A stretch of 64,000 nt of DNA from Neoechinorhynchus agilis (GCA_051530055.1 CM121341.1:10952784-11016783); one strand, 5' to 3'; numbered from the stretch's first letter, positions 37,201-49,724 are shown. The notes: generated by a model not told the origin, from the sequence alone. A program made the numbers and translations.

Positions 37201-38928
37201 AAGCTGACAAAGATTTATCTACGTTCTTCGAGACTGTTAGATAGGAGAGGAGCTTAGATCGTTGAGTGGAGAAAGAGTGCTTGAGAGCACGCTGAAACCG
37301 TGCTATGAAATAAAGAACATTAAAAGCGATGGTGCAATTGTCTATACTCTGGCTGTGAGGAAAAAATCTTCAAGCATAGTGTGGTCGCATGCTATCATGT
37401 TATGTATTTGAAAAAGAAAGATGAGAGCTGATCATAAAAGAAATATCGACGTACTGAAAAGTGACCAAAAAGTTCACACATCATTGGCTAATTTTCAATA
37501 AAGGAAATGTGCCATTCGACATTGAAAATGTCGGTATGTGGGGGGAGGTATCGGATTATATGATTAGAAGTGTATTTTTTTTATTAAATACATTATGCGA
37601 ACTTTGTCGGGTTTTTTGGAACTGATGATAGATTCGACGAGGTTGGTCGAACTTTACCGTGTGAACACCCAAATAAAACTTCCATTCGACATTCGCTTAT
37701 TAGGAAACCTCCTGCTCACGCAGAACTCAAAATAAGCTCCAGATGATTGTGGCGAATCCAATCCACTGAATATCAAATTGTGAAAAATACTCGCACCATA
37801 TTTTTGAACCCATGAACTTAAAATCGCACTTCAACGAACATTCGGAGTTAATATTTTGAAGAGCTGAGTGCGAATTTACAGTACGTAGGAAAACGTACTG
37901 ATTAAATGAAATCTGGATTCATATAATTTCACGGTAGATATTTTGGTTAAATAAAGAGAGCTAAAGATTCTAGAATCTACCTTAATGAAAACAACACAGG
38001 TCTAATGAAAGTTTTGTGCGCATTCTCAGTCAGCACCGTATTTTTCACAGAAAAAGAAATCTTTTTCGTTGATATTTTGCTAATGAGAACTGCCAAAATG
38101 ACAGATAAATTTATGTCACGGCATGCGGGTTGTCTCAACTTCGGTACGAATCTGTACAACCAAGTGAGATATTTCAACCCCGGAGTTATGCATTCCGCTA
38201 AATAGGTCTTTTGACCTTAGAAGGCATTCTTTTAATTTATAAATAAACCTTAAATCGAAAATAAAAGCCAACGAGTTTCCTCTTGTTTACGAACGGAACT
38301 AAAGGATCAGAATGCCATTTAAGCTATCTATTCAAAAAGTTGAATCTAAGCGTGGAAATCCCTTGTAGTGGTTGACCCACTGTTTCAGCTTTCTCTTTCA
38401 TACCAAATGGTACTTCTACAACTTCCGGGCAATCATCATACTTTTCGAACGTACTTACAGATCTCGGGCAGAGCCAGACAAGTCAAGAGGTTCTATAAAC
38501 AGACCATTTTAGCAGCTCACATTCATTAAAAATTAACTCCAGTGTTCGGGTCTCTTGCGTCATTCAATAACAATGTAAGTGTTCAAACAAAGTGTCAAAC
38601 ATTCACGGTTTCCATCGGGTTATTACAAGATGAGGGGAGATGTTCTACTCAACAGATCGAGAAGTGCTTGGTCTCCATTGTTAGATTTTTACAATAACTT
38701 GACATTTCAGGTGCTAGGTCGAGGTGAATGCTGTTCCAAACGTGTTATCATCTCAAGAACCATTGGATTGCTTGCAGGTTGATTTTATCATTAAAGAGCA
38801 ACATCTTTATGCTGATAGAACTATCCATACCATACAATTTGTCTAAATCTTTTTGTAATCCAATTATTTTTAATAACATACGAAGTCACAGATAGGAACG
38901 GTATTTTAATCGCAGCGTCAATCACGAC

Positions 38929-39390
38929 TCAGCTTGCACCCATAATACTGACGGCGTTCCCTCGCTGGACAGCCGCTATATTTATCTTATGAAGAAAATC
39001 TTACTCTTGTGGTCGCTTCCTACATTCGACGCCCCAATTTATTGCATAGTTTAAGGGCCGACCGACCCGAATGGCACGAAATCGTGATAATTGTCCCAAT
39101 CCAACGTATTTAGCCACCATTCTTTTCCGTCGCGCATGTTGCACCTCCCGGTACCGAAGTGCTGGTAGCGAATCGACACACTTGGCGTCCCAGACTAGGC
39201 ATTTTTGCTTGCCGCCATAAGTAAAATTATCATGTCATCCGGTCGCTTACCTGCTAAGCAGAATGGATACCCGGACTAGAGGATATTAGGAACGTGGAAG
39301 GAGTTCAAGGCCATGCTGATGATAGCGTTGAGCTCAGTGCGTCTTGCGAAGCGGCCACTCCACCGTCTGTATACCATTCAATGTCGTCCA
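38929..39390 (-). mobile_element. Decayed CRE-clade endonuclease fragment
   Basis: SGRFARRTELNAIIS, GKRPD, CLVWDAKCVD, AVQRGNA, with stops and frameshifts. Confidence 0.8.
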
Positions 39391-39495
39391 GACTAATCAA
39401 CATTGGAACCACACCAGCATTTGTGTAGGACAATCCAAATCCGACTGCTTGTAGTCATTTTCTCAATGCTCTCAATCGAAGCTACCATTTCACTA

Positions 39496-39651
39496 AAAGT
39501 ATACTTTTGGTGAAAATAATCCCGGTCATAACCTATTTGATTTATTTGAAATATTTTGCGAGGTAACCTCGCCTCATCAGTCATTGCTTGTAATTTTTTT
39601 CAACTGAGAATGCTTCTATGACCGGGATCATTTTCACCAAAAGTATACTTT
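39496..39651 (-). repeat. Foldback element enclosing a hammerhead motif (39547-39583, G12A)
   Basis: About 35-bp inverted arms AAAGTATACTTTTGGTGAAAATAATCCCGGTCATA. Inside, on the minus strand, TGA-CTGATGA-G-GCGAG(GTTAC)CTCGC-AAA-ATAT-T-TCA. Confidence 0.75.
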
Positions 39652-40028
39652 GATTAACCCGAAGGATTTTCTTTGTCGATGATTTCAGTAAAACTTTGCA
39701 TAAATCGTTTCGGGGCTGTACAATTTGATTATAAATATACAGTCACCTTTAATATCCGTTCTCGTGAATTGCTTCTTCTTTTGTACCAATCGCATTACTA
39801 ACAAAATATCCAGTTTGATAAAACTCGCAATGAATATTGCCATCACTGACGATATGAAGGAACCAATACATCCCTTTCATCCTCTTTTCACTACCAACAA
39901 AGCAGGTTTTTTATCACAAATCCCGATTGTAGTATCAAAGTTTGGCAAATACAACGATTAATCGCTCTTCTAAAATCAATGTCAATTCTAATTTTCGCTG
40001 GTCGGCTGATCATTCATTTATTGTTAAA

Positions 40029-41795
40029 TCACATAGGTTTAACGTCCTCCAAGTTCACATTTGAAACCATCTTTTCAATTACGTGCAAGTCTTCACGGGC
40101 CATTTCTTCGTCGCTTTTTGAATCGTCGAAAATGTAGCATTCCATGAAATGTGAAGTGGTAGCCGTAAAGGACGCATGATAGGTATAACTAAGCAATTGG
40201 AAGTTCTCTAATTTGAATTTATGAGTGCATTGATAAGCTGAAATGGAATTCTAGTGGAATTCTAACAAACGACGATTACCTTTATCGAGAAAATGATTGA
40301 TTAAATACTGCGCGCATTTTACGCTGTCCCTTGATCTCGTCAATGTGTCGCGGCTCCATTCAAATAGCGGTTTTTCGGGATGCCACTGAATGGCATAAAA
40401 CGGCCAGTTTCTCGCTTTAATGAAATATTCAATAGTAGTATAGATTTTAAAACAACTGATAACCTTCGGCGAATGCAATGTAAGACCGTTTTTTATCTTT
40501 ATCTTTACTCATTGCGCCAACACGGAAAGTATTCTTCAGTGATTTATCGTTTTCATAGGTCTAAAATTTAAAAGTTGCATGTTGACTTATGGAACGAAAT
40601 CACAATCAGAGACCTCCATTCGAACACAGTATTGGTGATTGTTGTAACAAATATCCTCGCTTAATATTTTGCTCTCTAATTCGACGGGTAAATTCTTCAA
40701 CATTTGACAGTTATCCCAGTCTTCAGCTTTTATGAGAGAGGTATTGTAATCCAAACCTCTACAGCGACTCAGTGGATTCTTGTCGGATGCCAAGTACAAT
40801 AACTGCTCAAATCCTAGACAAATCCCCATTATTGGAAATACGATACCTTTTTCATTAGCCTATATTTGGAAAAGTAGTTTTATTCTTGTTGCGGCAACAA
40901 TTGAGAACGAATTAACAAATCAAAAGGGCACTTTGTGACCATTTGAAAATCTATACAATTTAAAAAAGGCGTGAATCGCTATGCAACCCTACTATTGATT
41001 CTATTGATCACTTTATATTGAGCATAAGGAATTCCTAGATGTTATTGGTAAGGCATTAGAGCTTCTTTAAAGATTTTGGCGTTTTTTAAGCTGATTTTTT
41101 TGAAATCAATCTTATTAAAAACAAAAGATAGATAGGCCAGATTTGGCGGTAGGAGAATATGCATTACAATTTTTGTCAGGTTTTACGACTCACAAATGCC
41201 AGCAAGACATAAATATGTCTTTTTTATTCTTTTGATTCGCTAAAAATCAAAAACTTAAAAATTCTTTCTTTTCTTAGTTTTCCAAACTCACCGGATTTAA
41301 GTTCACTGGCAAAACTACCCAAAGAAAATCTTTTTCCCGAAGACAATAATAAAGGACTTAAAAATTTCTTTACTTAACTGTATTATTTTAGTTTACTAAC
41401 CTCAATGGCCAAATGGTAGAATATTTTTGAAACCCTGGCGTATTCGGATTTTTCAATACACGCTCCACCGCCCGGCACCAAAACTCCATGAATGTTTTCA
41501 AAAATGTGCTTATAATAATCGTCGTCTTTTTTGAGCCTAAAACTTTTTAACTGGGAGATGGAAACAAAATATTGAATTTACCTGATTAATAAAGCGATTC
41601 CACCAGCAGACTCGATGTATCGAACATACGACGCCGCTATATAAGAATAACTGGTAAGTTCAGGATAAACGCTTGTCGCTTCCTGTGCGATTACTCCTTC
41701 AATAAGCAATAGAATTTATAAGTCTTTTAATCACTCTTACCAGTGACTAATGGCAGCCCTCGTGGTTTCGTTTGCTCTTTTTTATTATTGATCAT
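40029..41795 (-). CDS. GGH: Gamma-glutamyl hydrolase (peptidase C26), multi-exon
   Basis: Exons give YIAASYVRYIESAGG, IHGVLVPGGG, FPIMGICLGFE (nucleophile Cys), NNHQYC, YAIQWHPEKPLFEW and ECYIF. Confidence 0.87.
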
Positions 41796-42462
41796 TGGTA
41801 TCTAGCTCAAATGTTTCAAAATATGTTTCAGTCTTTTAAACGAACGCATTCTCGTTAGTCACTTGAAAGTGGCGAACATCAACAGTAACAAAAGGTACTA
41901 ACGTAATGCAACGACTGAAATGTTACCCTACGAGTAAAGGGAAACGGAGTGGTTTATTCATTTTTTAAATCTCTGGACTCCAAAGTGTAAATAAAACATA
42001 ATTTTAAGCCGCCTCAGTTGTTTCAAACGACTTTAACCTTTCCGTGATCATCAAAACGATTTGATTGTGACTTATGGGTTCATTAGACAACGGGCGATGG
42101 AAAAAAACAATTTTATCCCTTTCGTCTCGGCGGCGAGAAACGTGATAGATCGTCAACAGAGAGAAAGTTGCTTTGTATATCATCAGACGTCAATCAGAAA
42201 TGTTAATTAATCGCAAAAAAGAATGATCAACTGCTTTGTCTACGGAGCATTTTTTACAGATTTTACTATTTCATAGATCGAGGGCTACTAATGTCAAAAG
42301 AAGCGCAAAATAAACTCAACAAACGTGACCATATTCTAAAATCAAAAACGATTTCTTCACGGTGAATGTGCTCTATAACGAAATGGGCCTCAACAAACCA
42401 CCTTGATTGATTCGGATTAACTCACGAAACCAAAAAGCTGCTCTTCTTAGTCAATTTAAAGA

Positions 42463-43407
42463 TCACATATTAGGCGGAGGCGGTTGTTGCTCAGAATAGC
42501 CGTACATATCGCCTCTCGATTGTGAACTGGGAGTATAATAAGTTTCCTCAATTGATTGCACGGCGCTTATTCCTCCTCCTCCATAGGCCATTGGATCCAT
42601 GTAAGCAGGTATCTGTCCTACGGTTTGTGGCATAAAAGGCATCGTAGACATTAGATCTTCAGGAATGCCTGATGGTTCTTCGTACTCTTGTTCAGGCTCT
42701 TTAAGGACGCAACCAGGTTGGTCATCGTCAAATTGGGATTGATCAGACTCTTTGGGTTCAACAATGCTGACGTGATCCGGCAGGGGTTTCTCGACGGAGA
42801 ATCTGTTTGTTTTATCGAACGGGAGCATTATTTTCACCTTGATCCCAAGCATTCCTTGTCTTAGAAGAACATGCCGGACTGCGATTCGGACACATTCCCG
42901 AACAGGATTCCCGGAATGGATCATAAGACCATCAATGAACTTCATAGACTTGGCTCGTTGACCTCGAAGCTTTCCGCTCACTGTAATCTCACAACCGCGA
43001 GCGCCGGCGTCCATGATGAACCGAAGCACTCCGTAACAAGCTCGACGAACAGCAACGCCTTCGGTCAATTTGTATCGGAGACTCTCAGCTTGGGTTACAG
43101 CGCATAAACCACGGCATTCTACTTTGCCAACGAGGACGTCGATGTTAGTCTGAGAAGTACGGAAGCGTTTTGCAAGCACACTGCTCAGCTCTCGAATCCG
43201 TCGACCCTTTTCGCCGACTACTTGGGCGCTTCTTGTAGCTTTAATGATGATTTCGTACTTATTGGGAGTTCGACGAACATCAATTCCGGAAAAACCGTCT
43301 TGAGCAGATAATTCTCGTTTGAAGAATTCGTTCAACTCAGCACGAAATAGACCCTCCATTATGAATTTTCGTTTCAAAGTAACGTTTTGATCACTTAGAT
43401 TGGACAT
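42463..43407 (-). CDS. RPS3: 40S ribosomal protein S3 (uS3), intronless, with extended C-terminus
   Basis: [82 protein letters not shown]. Confidence 0.97.
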   Translation of the reverse strand: MSNLSDQNVTLKRKFIMEGLFRAELNEFFKRELSAQDGFSGIDVRRTPNKYEIIIKATRSAQVVGEKGRRIRELSSVLAKRFRTSQTNIDVLVGKVECRGLCAVTQAESLRYKLTEGVAVRRACYGVLRFIMDAGARGCEITVSGKLRGQRAKSMKFIDGLMIHSGNPVRECVRIAVRHVLLRQGMLGIKVKIMLPFDKTNRFSVEKPLPDHVSIVEPKESDQSQFDDDQPGCVLKEPEQEYEEPSGIPEDLMSTMPFMPQTVGQIPAYMDPMAYGGGGISAVQSIEETYYTPSSQSRGDMYGYSEQQPPPPNM

Positions 43408-43623
43408 TTTATGGCAGAAGAAAGATAGCGTTCGAAAACGTAGAAACGAATAAGCGATAATAAATGCAGCACACGGAGGGACGAAAGAATCATAAGACTG
43501 TGACGAATGGTACGTTTGTTCATATTTTGAAGATGTTAATCATTTACTTTTTTATAGCGAAGTATAATAATTAATTGATTGATTTGATAATTTTTGGCGT
43601 AGGCCTAGAAAACTTACAAGCAA

Positions 43624-43665
43624 TAGACTGAGGAAGGCCTACGCGAAGGCTGAAAATTATCAAAT
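43624..43665 (+). ncRNA. Minimal hammerhead motif, first of three tandem units
   Basis: GA-CTGAGGA-A-GGCC(TACGCGAA)GGCT-GAA-AATT-A-TC, preceded by AAAACTTACAAGCAAT. Confidence 0.65.
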
Positions 43666-44846
43666 AAATCAATTAATTATGCTCATATTTTGTTTGGTGA
43701 TTGAATAAATAGAGATATATTTCATCAGTTTCGTGGGACCACAGTTGAAAAATAGAACTTACAAGCAATGTGAAGAAGTCCGACGAGACGTACCAAATAT
43801 TTTGATCTAATAGAATTAATTCTATTCAATTGTTCCTTCAAGTGGATGTGTATTCTCAATGGCGAATTGTAACACACTCGAGTTTTATTGAAGTCAACCT
43901 AGCATAGACACACCAACTCACACATTTAAAAACTTACAAGCAATGCTTGAGGAGGCTGAGGCTTTGAAAATTCGCAAGGTTGACTTCAATAAAACTCGAG
44001 TGTGTTACGATTCGCCATTGAGAATAAAATTAATCTCCGTTTTCTCAATCACCACACAAAATACATCCATGAACAACTTCCCTTTTTTAACAAGGGAAAT
44101 CGGTGAACATCATAAGCTTAGGATTGAGATGTAAAAACTAAAAAAAACTCGCTTCGCCGCGAGCATCCGTATGGCGGCCATGGTGTGAGCGAAATGTTTT
44201 GTGGTTATAAAATTGTGTACAATAAATGTGTTTTATTCAAAAAAGTATTCTATGGTAAAATTCTAGTTGTATTTTAAAAACATGGTGCATAAACATTGAA
44301 CATCATTTTCAGAATGACGTTATTAAGTGTTAGAACATCCCTTATTCGAATTTGTCCTTTTTAGGCATACATCCCACCGATCTGGCGTCAGGGAAGCTCA
44401 TGAAATCACTTTGAAGCGCCTCTTCAGGCGGTATCTAAGGATCCGGAATCTTCTTCCCACTCACGCATTTCTCTCGAGAGAGAGGTTGCGGTTCCCTCGA
44501 CAACCAATTTATGATGTTTGATGCAATCCACCCATCGTTTCCTCGGCCTTCCTCGTCGGCCATTTCCCGTTATATCCAGTCTCTCCCTGCTTCGCACTTC
44601 GAAACTTTATCGTGTCAGCACAACCTTCTTTGGACGATCAACTCTGAACAGCGGCAAGTGCCGAACAGCTGGTTGTCATTTGGATGAGTGTTGAGTACAA
44701 AATTCATTACCGTATTATTGTTTAGGTCTGCACTGACGCTACAAACAAACAAACTGATGATGAACCCGACGAGGTTCGCAGAACGTCTTTAATAAATAAT
44801 CATTTACCGGGGATATATTTTTCTGCTTTGAATCTACTTTAATTCT

Positions 44847-45430
44847 TTACATTACATTAGGCCCATTACATGTCATCCGGACGCTGGCAGCGTTCCCACG
44901 CTGGACCGCCAGACTCAAGTTTTGTCGCAAGAAAGTGATTGACTGCAGCCCTTTCGTCACACTCGCGATACGTCGTCCCAGTTCAATCACGAATTCCGCT
45001 GCAGCCTTTCCAAATGCCCCGTAATTCTCGACTCCGAAGGACAGGAACAAAAACTGAGAGGCTAACTCATGATACTTCGCGGTCTTACGTTCCTCCGCTC
45101 TCGTTGCCGCGGCTCCTGTGCCTAATTTAGCGGTCGTTATATTGCTGTTTGCCAGTTTATCGACGCATATTGCGTCCCATATAGGACATCTGCCACGTGA
45201 CCAGGGAAAGACCGTTACCTCGTCAGGACGTTTCCCGTCTGAGCGGCAGAGATTATTTGGCTCCAGGATGCAGGGCACACGAATCGATCTCAGCGCTCGA
45301 CTTATGATAGCGTTTATTTCAGCATGGCGGGGAAAACGTCCTGCGGACCGCTTACATGAGAGACCGTGTTGTTCCTTGTTGTCCACCGTGACACCACATC
45401 GACATTTATGAGCGACGCAAATGTCCATTC
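44847..45430 (-). mobile_element. CRE-clade CCHC plus endonuclease fragment
   Basis: CRCGVTVDNKEQHGLSC, RHAEIN, GKRPD, WDAICVD, FGVENYG, QRGNA. Confidence 0.87.
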
Positions 45431-46767
45431 CGTTGTAGACTTCTAAACAATAATTCCAATCACATTTCCCGCTACCTCACATATCGACATCTTCATTACC
45501 ATATGGTTCAGCACGGTATTAAGTGAGGAAAGCCAAGAAAGAGATGTCCTAACACTTAATTAATATAATCGACTTACCAAAAGAAATAAGAGAATGACGT
45601 TATTAATAAGTCTAAATATTTTCTATCAACACACGGAAGAACTTTGCGTTCGTGACGTCATAAAAATAGGTCCTTTGTAGTTCATTTGTTGTTTCCGTAG
45701 CCGAAACAGTTGAAAGCGCAAGGAAAATCTCACTGATTTTGATTGCAATCTGGTCGGTTTTTAGACTTACTTTGGTTATTGTGTTTGTTGTTAAGCGTTG
45801 TTTTTTCATTCTAAAACGGGCACAATAATGAGCTAATGTTTCTTTTGTTCATTTTTATTAAAGTTGGGGGTGTGGTGGTCATAATTCCCTACCCGGATAA
45901 AACATATTGTCGATTACGGGGTTAATCCGACCATATCTGGACGCGATCGTTTTGGTCCTAATAAGCGGCTTCATGATTAAGCCTCGCCTCATCGGTCATT
46001 GTGCCACATAAAGTTCTTCGATAATAACCAAGGACACCTCCTCTCCTTATAACGCCACGGTACAAATGCGGCTCAAATCTTTATTAAGTGGTTTATGAAA
46101 AATTATTGTTTCAGCACTTTAAATTTTTATCCATGGGAACGGAAGCTTTCTGAATCGTTTATTCTCTCATAAAAATAATTAACCGCAAAAGAGTTCTCCG
46201 TTTGTGCTCCATTTTCCACCTTGATAAAGGCACGAGATTGTGCTTCTGAAATATCGGATTTAATAAATTCCCTTAAAATTTCCGCCATAAACAAACAAAC
46301 ATCTCAATAAAATATTTTTTAGGATTCTATTATCCGAAGGATATTCTTTATCGATGATTTGATTAAGGTGTTAGACGAACACTTTGTGAGAGTGAAATGT
46401 TGTTGTTGTAGGTTTGTTTTCCATACCTATGTGAAATTGTTCTAAAATCTCAAAAATCGTATTGATCAACGTTGTATAAAATCAAATTCTTTTTAAATAT
46501 CTATTCTTTGTTATTCGCCGTCTGCACTGAGATGTGGCCGGGTTAAGGTAAAAAAATTAGAATTGTGACTTGAGGCCTCTCATTATGTAGATGGTTCGTT
46601 TGAGATTGCATATCATACATTATTCTGTTCGGGATTGTTTAGCTTTGCGGTTCGCATGAGCGAACAAGTCTTGCAAACGTCTCTGTGTAGTCTCATTTTC
46701 GTACCACTTTCTGCAATGCCTTATTTGAGACTATTTAAATCCTGCTTTCTTTTCAAGATTCTCCGAC

Positions 46768-46986
46768 ATGAGCTTCAGCGGTGTTTCTTCAAACCTGGAC
46801 CATATGCGTACTTACATCGAGCAATTGAGGACGGAGCTCGATGCTAAACGGGAACTGTGTTCCGTTACCATTAACGACCTCATTAATTTCTGCTTGGAAA
46901 ATGAAGGTCGCGATAGGCTACTTACGGGATTCCCAAAGAAGGATTCGAATCCTTGGAGGGAAAAATCGTTTTGTTCAATCTTGTGA
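46768..46986 (+). CDS. GNG: Heterotrimeric G-protein gamma subunit
   Basis: 72 aa; IEQLRTEL..R..S....DLINFC, DRLLTG, NPWREK and a CAAX box CSIL. Confidence 0.9.
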   Translation: MSFSGVSSNLDHMRTYIEQLRTELDAKRELCSVTINDLINFCLENEGRDRLLTGFPKKDSNPWREKSFCSIL

Positions 46987-48180
46987 GCAAACCATACCGA
47001 AATAAATCACACGATCTTTATTCTCATCATTCGCTCTTGCATTCATCGAACACATTTAGCGCTTCATCTACGAAGCGACCAAAATTGCTTTTTTCCAACA
47101 ATAAGAACAAAACGTGAGTTTGTGCGGTAAAAAGCTTACTAATTTAGCGGAATAGTCTTTGAGAAAACGAGACTTTATGCAACTCAAGCGGCTAAAAATT
47201 TAAGCAATTGAATCGATTAAAACCTTGTTTTGTTCTTCCTTCAAAAAATTCGACACTAGTGACTCTTGATAATCAAATTATTCGAGGAGGAAAATACCCT
47301 ACTAATAAGCATTTATTGTGTTTTCCTGGTATCGTTTCCTTAAGAACCCCTAATGGAAGTTACCCGAAGCTATATTGTGTTACTTGCCGCCTAAACACTA
47401 TCTCGAAACACTAAGTCGCAAAATCTAATTTGAACGTTTAGAAGATTTATAAACTCAAAGCCCATTTTATTATACGAGACGAAACTGTCTCTTAGTTGAT
47501 TTTCGTTTCATATTACGTTACTTTATAGAAATCCACGTTTCAATCTTTGTACTTCGTAAATAGTAAACGGATTGACCTACGGAACTCTTTGTTGGCTAAA
47601 TCGCACAATTTCGAATTTATCTATCAGAAATTTGATCGTTTATGTTTAAAAACTGGTTCTCCAAGAACGCCATAGTTTACATTCCGGGCAAATGTCTTTG
47701 CGTTACCATAATGAAGAAACCGAGGAACACAATAATACAAAATGTGCACTTAGATTTTTTTAAAGAAATTCAATTTTCGGTCCAAACCGACAGTTTTTCC
47801 ATCAGATTTTCTGTTTGAAATTATTTCCCATTAGTTGTGGGTTTTTTTGTTTAAGTAAGTTTGACACAAACCATTTTGTTAGAGACTCACCCGGACTCAT
47901 TGTGTCTACTTGTTTTGACCCTTTTCCGCGAAGAGACAAAGGAAATAGTAGAGACGACGTGAACCTGTCAAGTCATCCTATTGAGTCGTGTGCACTTTCT
48001 CCACCGGAGCATTCACGAACAATGCTTCGTCGTACAATTCAAGACACTTTGTCACCCTCTTTTTTACTGTACACATGCGGTCGTCTTCTCTTACATATAT
48101 TTGCGCCTGAACTAAATTTGGAACGCGAGCAAGTTAACACATATTTCCGCCTCAACTCCAGCCTATAGAGACACGGCACT

Positions 48181-49269
48181 ATGTCCGATATCAAGTTCTT
48201 CGCTAGTGCGTTCACACCCTTTGATGAATCCGGAGAGGTAGCATTTGACCTCATTGAGCCTTATGTCAAGTTTTTGGCCGCTCTTAAAATAGACGGAATC
48301 AGTATTTTGGGAATCTCAGGTATACGTGCCCATCGCAGTCCGTCGAAAACTATTAGTCTACGAAAATAGGTGAGGGCACCTCAATGACGATGAACGAACG
48401 AAAGGATACTGCCAATGAGTTCATAAAGGCTTCCCGAAAACATGGCATTGATTCAATCAATGTCCATGTATCTTGCATGAGCATCAAGGACACACAGGTT
48501 TCATGTCGTCTATTTATGATTTTACGAACAGAAGCTTTCCTTCAGGAACTCGCCAAACATGCAGAAAGTATCGGTGCCACGACAGTCAGCGTTTTGCCAA
48601 ACATGTTCCACAAACCAAGCACAACTCATGATGTGATCGAGTACATTAGGGACGTTGCCGGATCACTGCATACTACTAAGGTTATGTACGTGAATATCCC
48701 TGAAGTTACGAATGTGTATATTCGTCTAACGGAAGTACTGGCTTTCGGCGCTGATATTCCTCAATTCGGAGGTACTTGTTGTCCCACTATCTCCTTTTTA
48801 ACACTGCTAAACTTCTTCGATTATAGGTATTCACGATTCAGGCGTAGACATGACCGACCTCAGTAGAGCCCTTTGGACCGTAAAAGCGAACCCACAACTA
48901 TCGGTCATATGTAGCCGAAATGTGGATATCACGCCTGCTTTGGCTATCGGCTGCAAGAGCTTTATCGGACCATCAGTTAATTTTTGTCTTCCAATATATC
49001 GCAAAATAGCAATCCAGTATCAAGAAGAAGAAGGGCTCAAACTACAGTTTGAACTATTAAACGCTCTTGCGGTCTGCTGCAAATATGGACTCAATGTCGC
49101 TATGCTTAAGGCTTGCACCGAAAAGGTCGGAAACATTGAACTCGGCGGAGTTAGGAAACCATTGAAAAATTGCCCCGTTGAAGTCATTGATGCCCTCGAT
49201 ACGGAACTAAATAGTCTCAACTTCTGGCAGCGTGTTAAAATAAGCTCAAACGGAACTGAAAGCATGTGA
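48181..49269 (+). CDS. NPL: N-acetylneuraminate lyase/DHDPS-family protein, four exons, catalytic residues substituted
   Basis: FTPFDESGEV, GISGEGTSMTMNERK, VHVSCMS, QELAKHAESIGA, NIP and VRKPL are collinear with animal NPL after three GT-AG introns. Confidence 0.83.
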
Positions 49270-49724
49270 TCCAGATATGTGCGCGTGTGCCGAGCTTTAG
49301 AACATAATTTATTTTTCAGGTTAAAGGGGAATTCATGGCCGACAGAAAATTATGACTCGAAAATTTATCTTCAAAGTTAAATTTAACTTAATCTCTGTGA
49401 TCTCACAGGCACTTTAACGCTTTAATTACTCTCCTTGCTGCTTAAAATTGTTAATCGCCGCTTAAATTGAAAGTTGTCGAATATCCGCGACCCGTTATCG
49501 CTTTATCGATTGCATTCACTTTTTATCCGTGAAGCTTCAATTTTTAAGTAAATCATAGATGAAAATTCTGTCTCAAATACCATACCAAAAAAGATACAAA
49601 TTTAAGAGATACTTTTTATTTTTGAGGAAAAGCAAAGACCTAAAATTTTCAATCCGATCACTAATCAATATCTGGAATTTGATCTATAACTTTTCGCAAT
49701 TCTCTTAGAGCGTTCATGATAGCA

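Noticed and set aside
38459-38494. Small minus-strand exon encoding PLDLS (CtBP motif)
   Set aside because: The neighbouring candidate exons could not be joined into a continuous frame.
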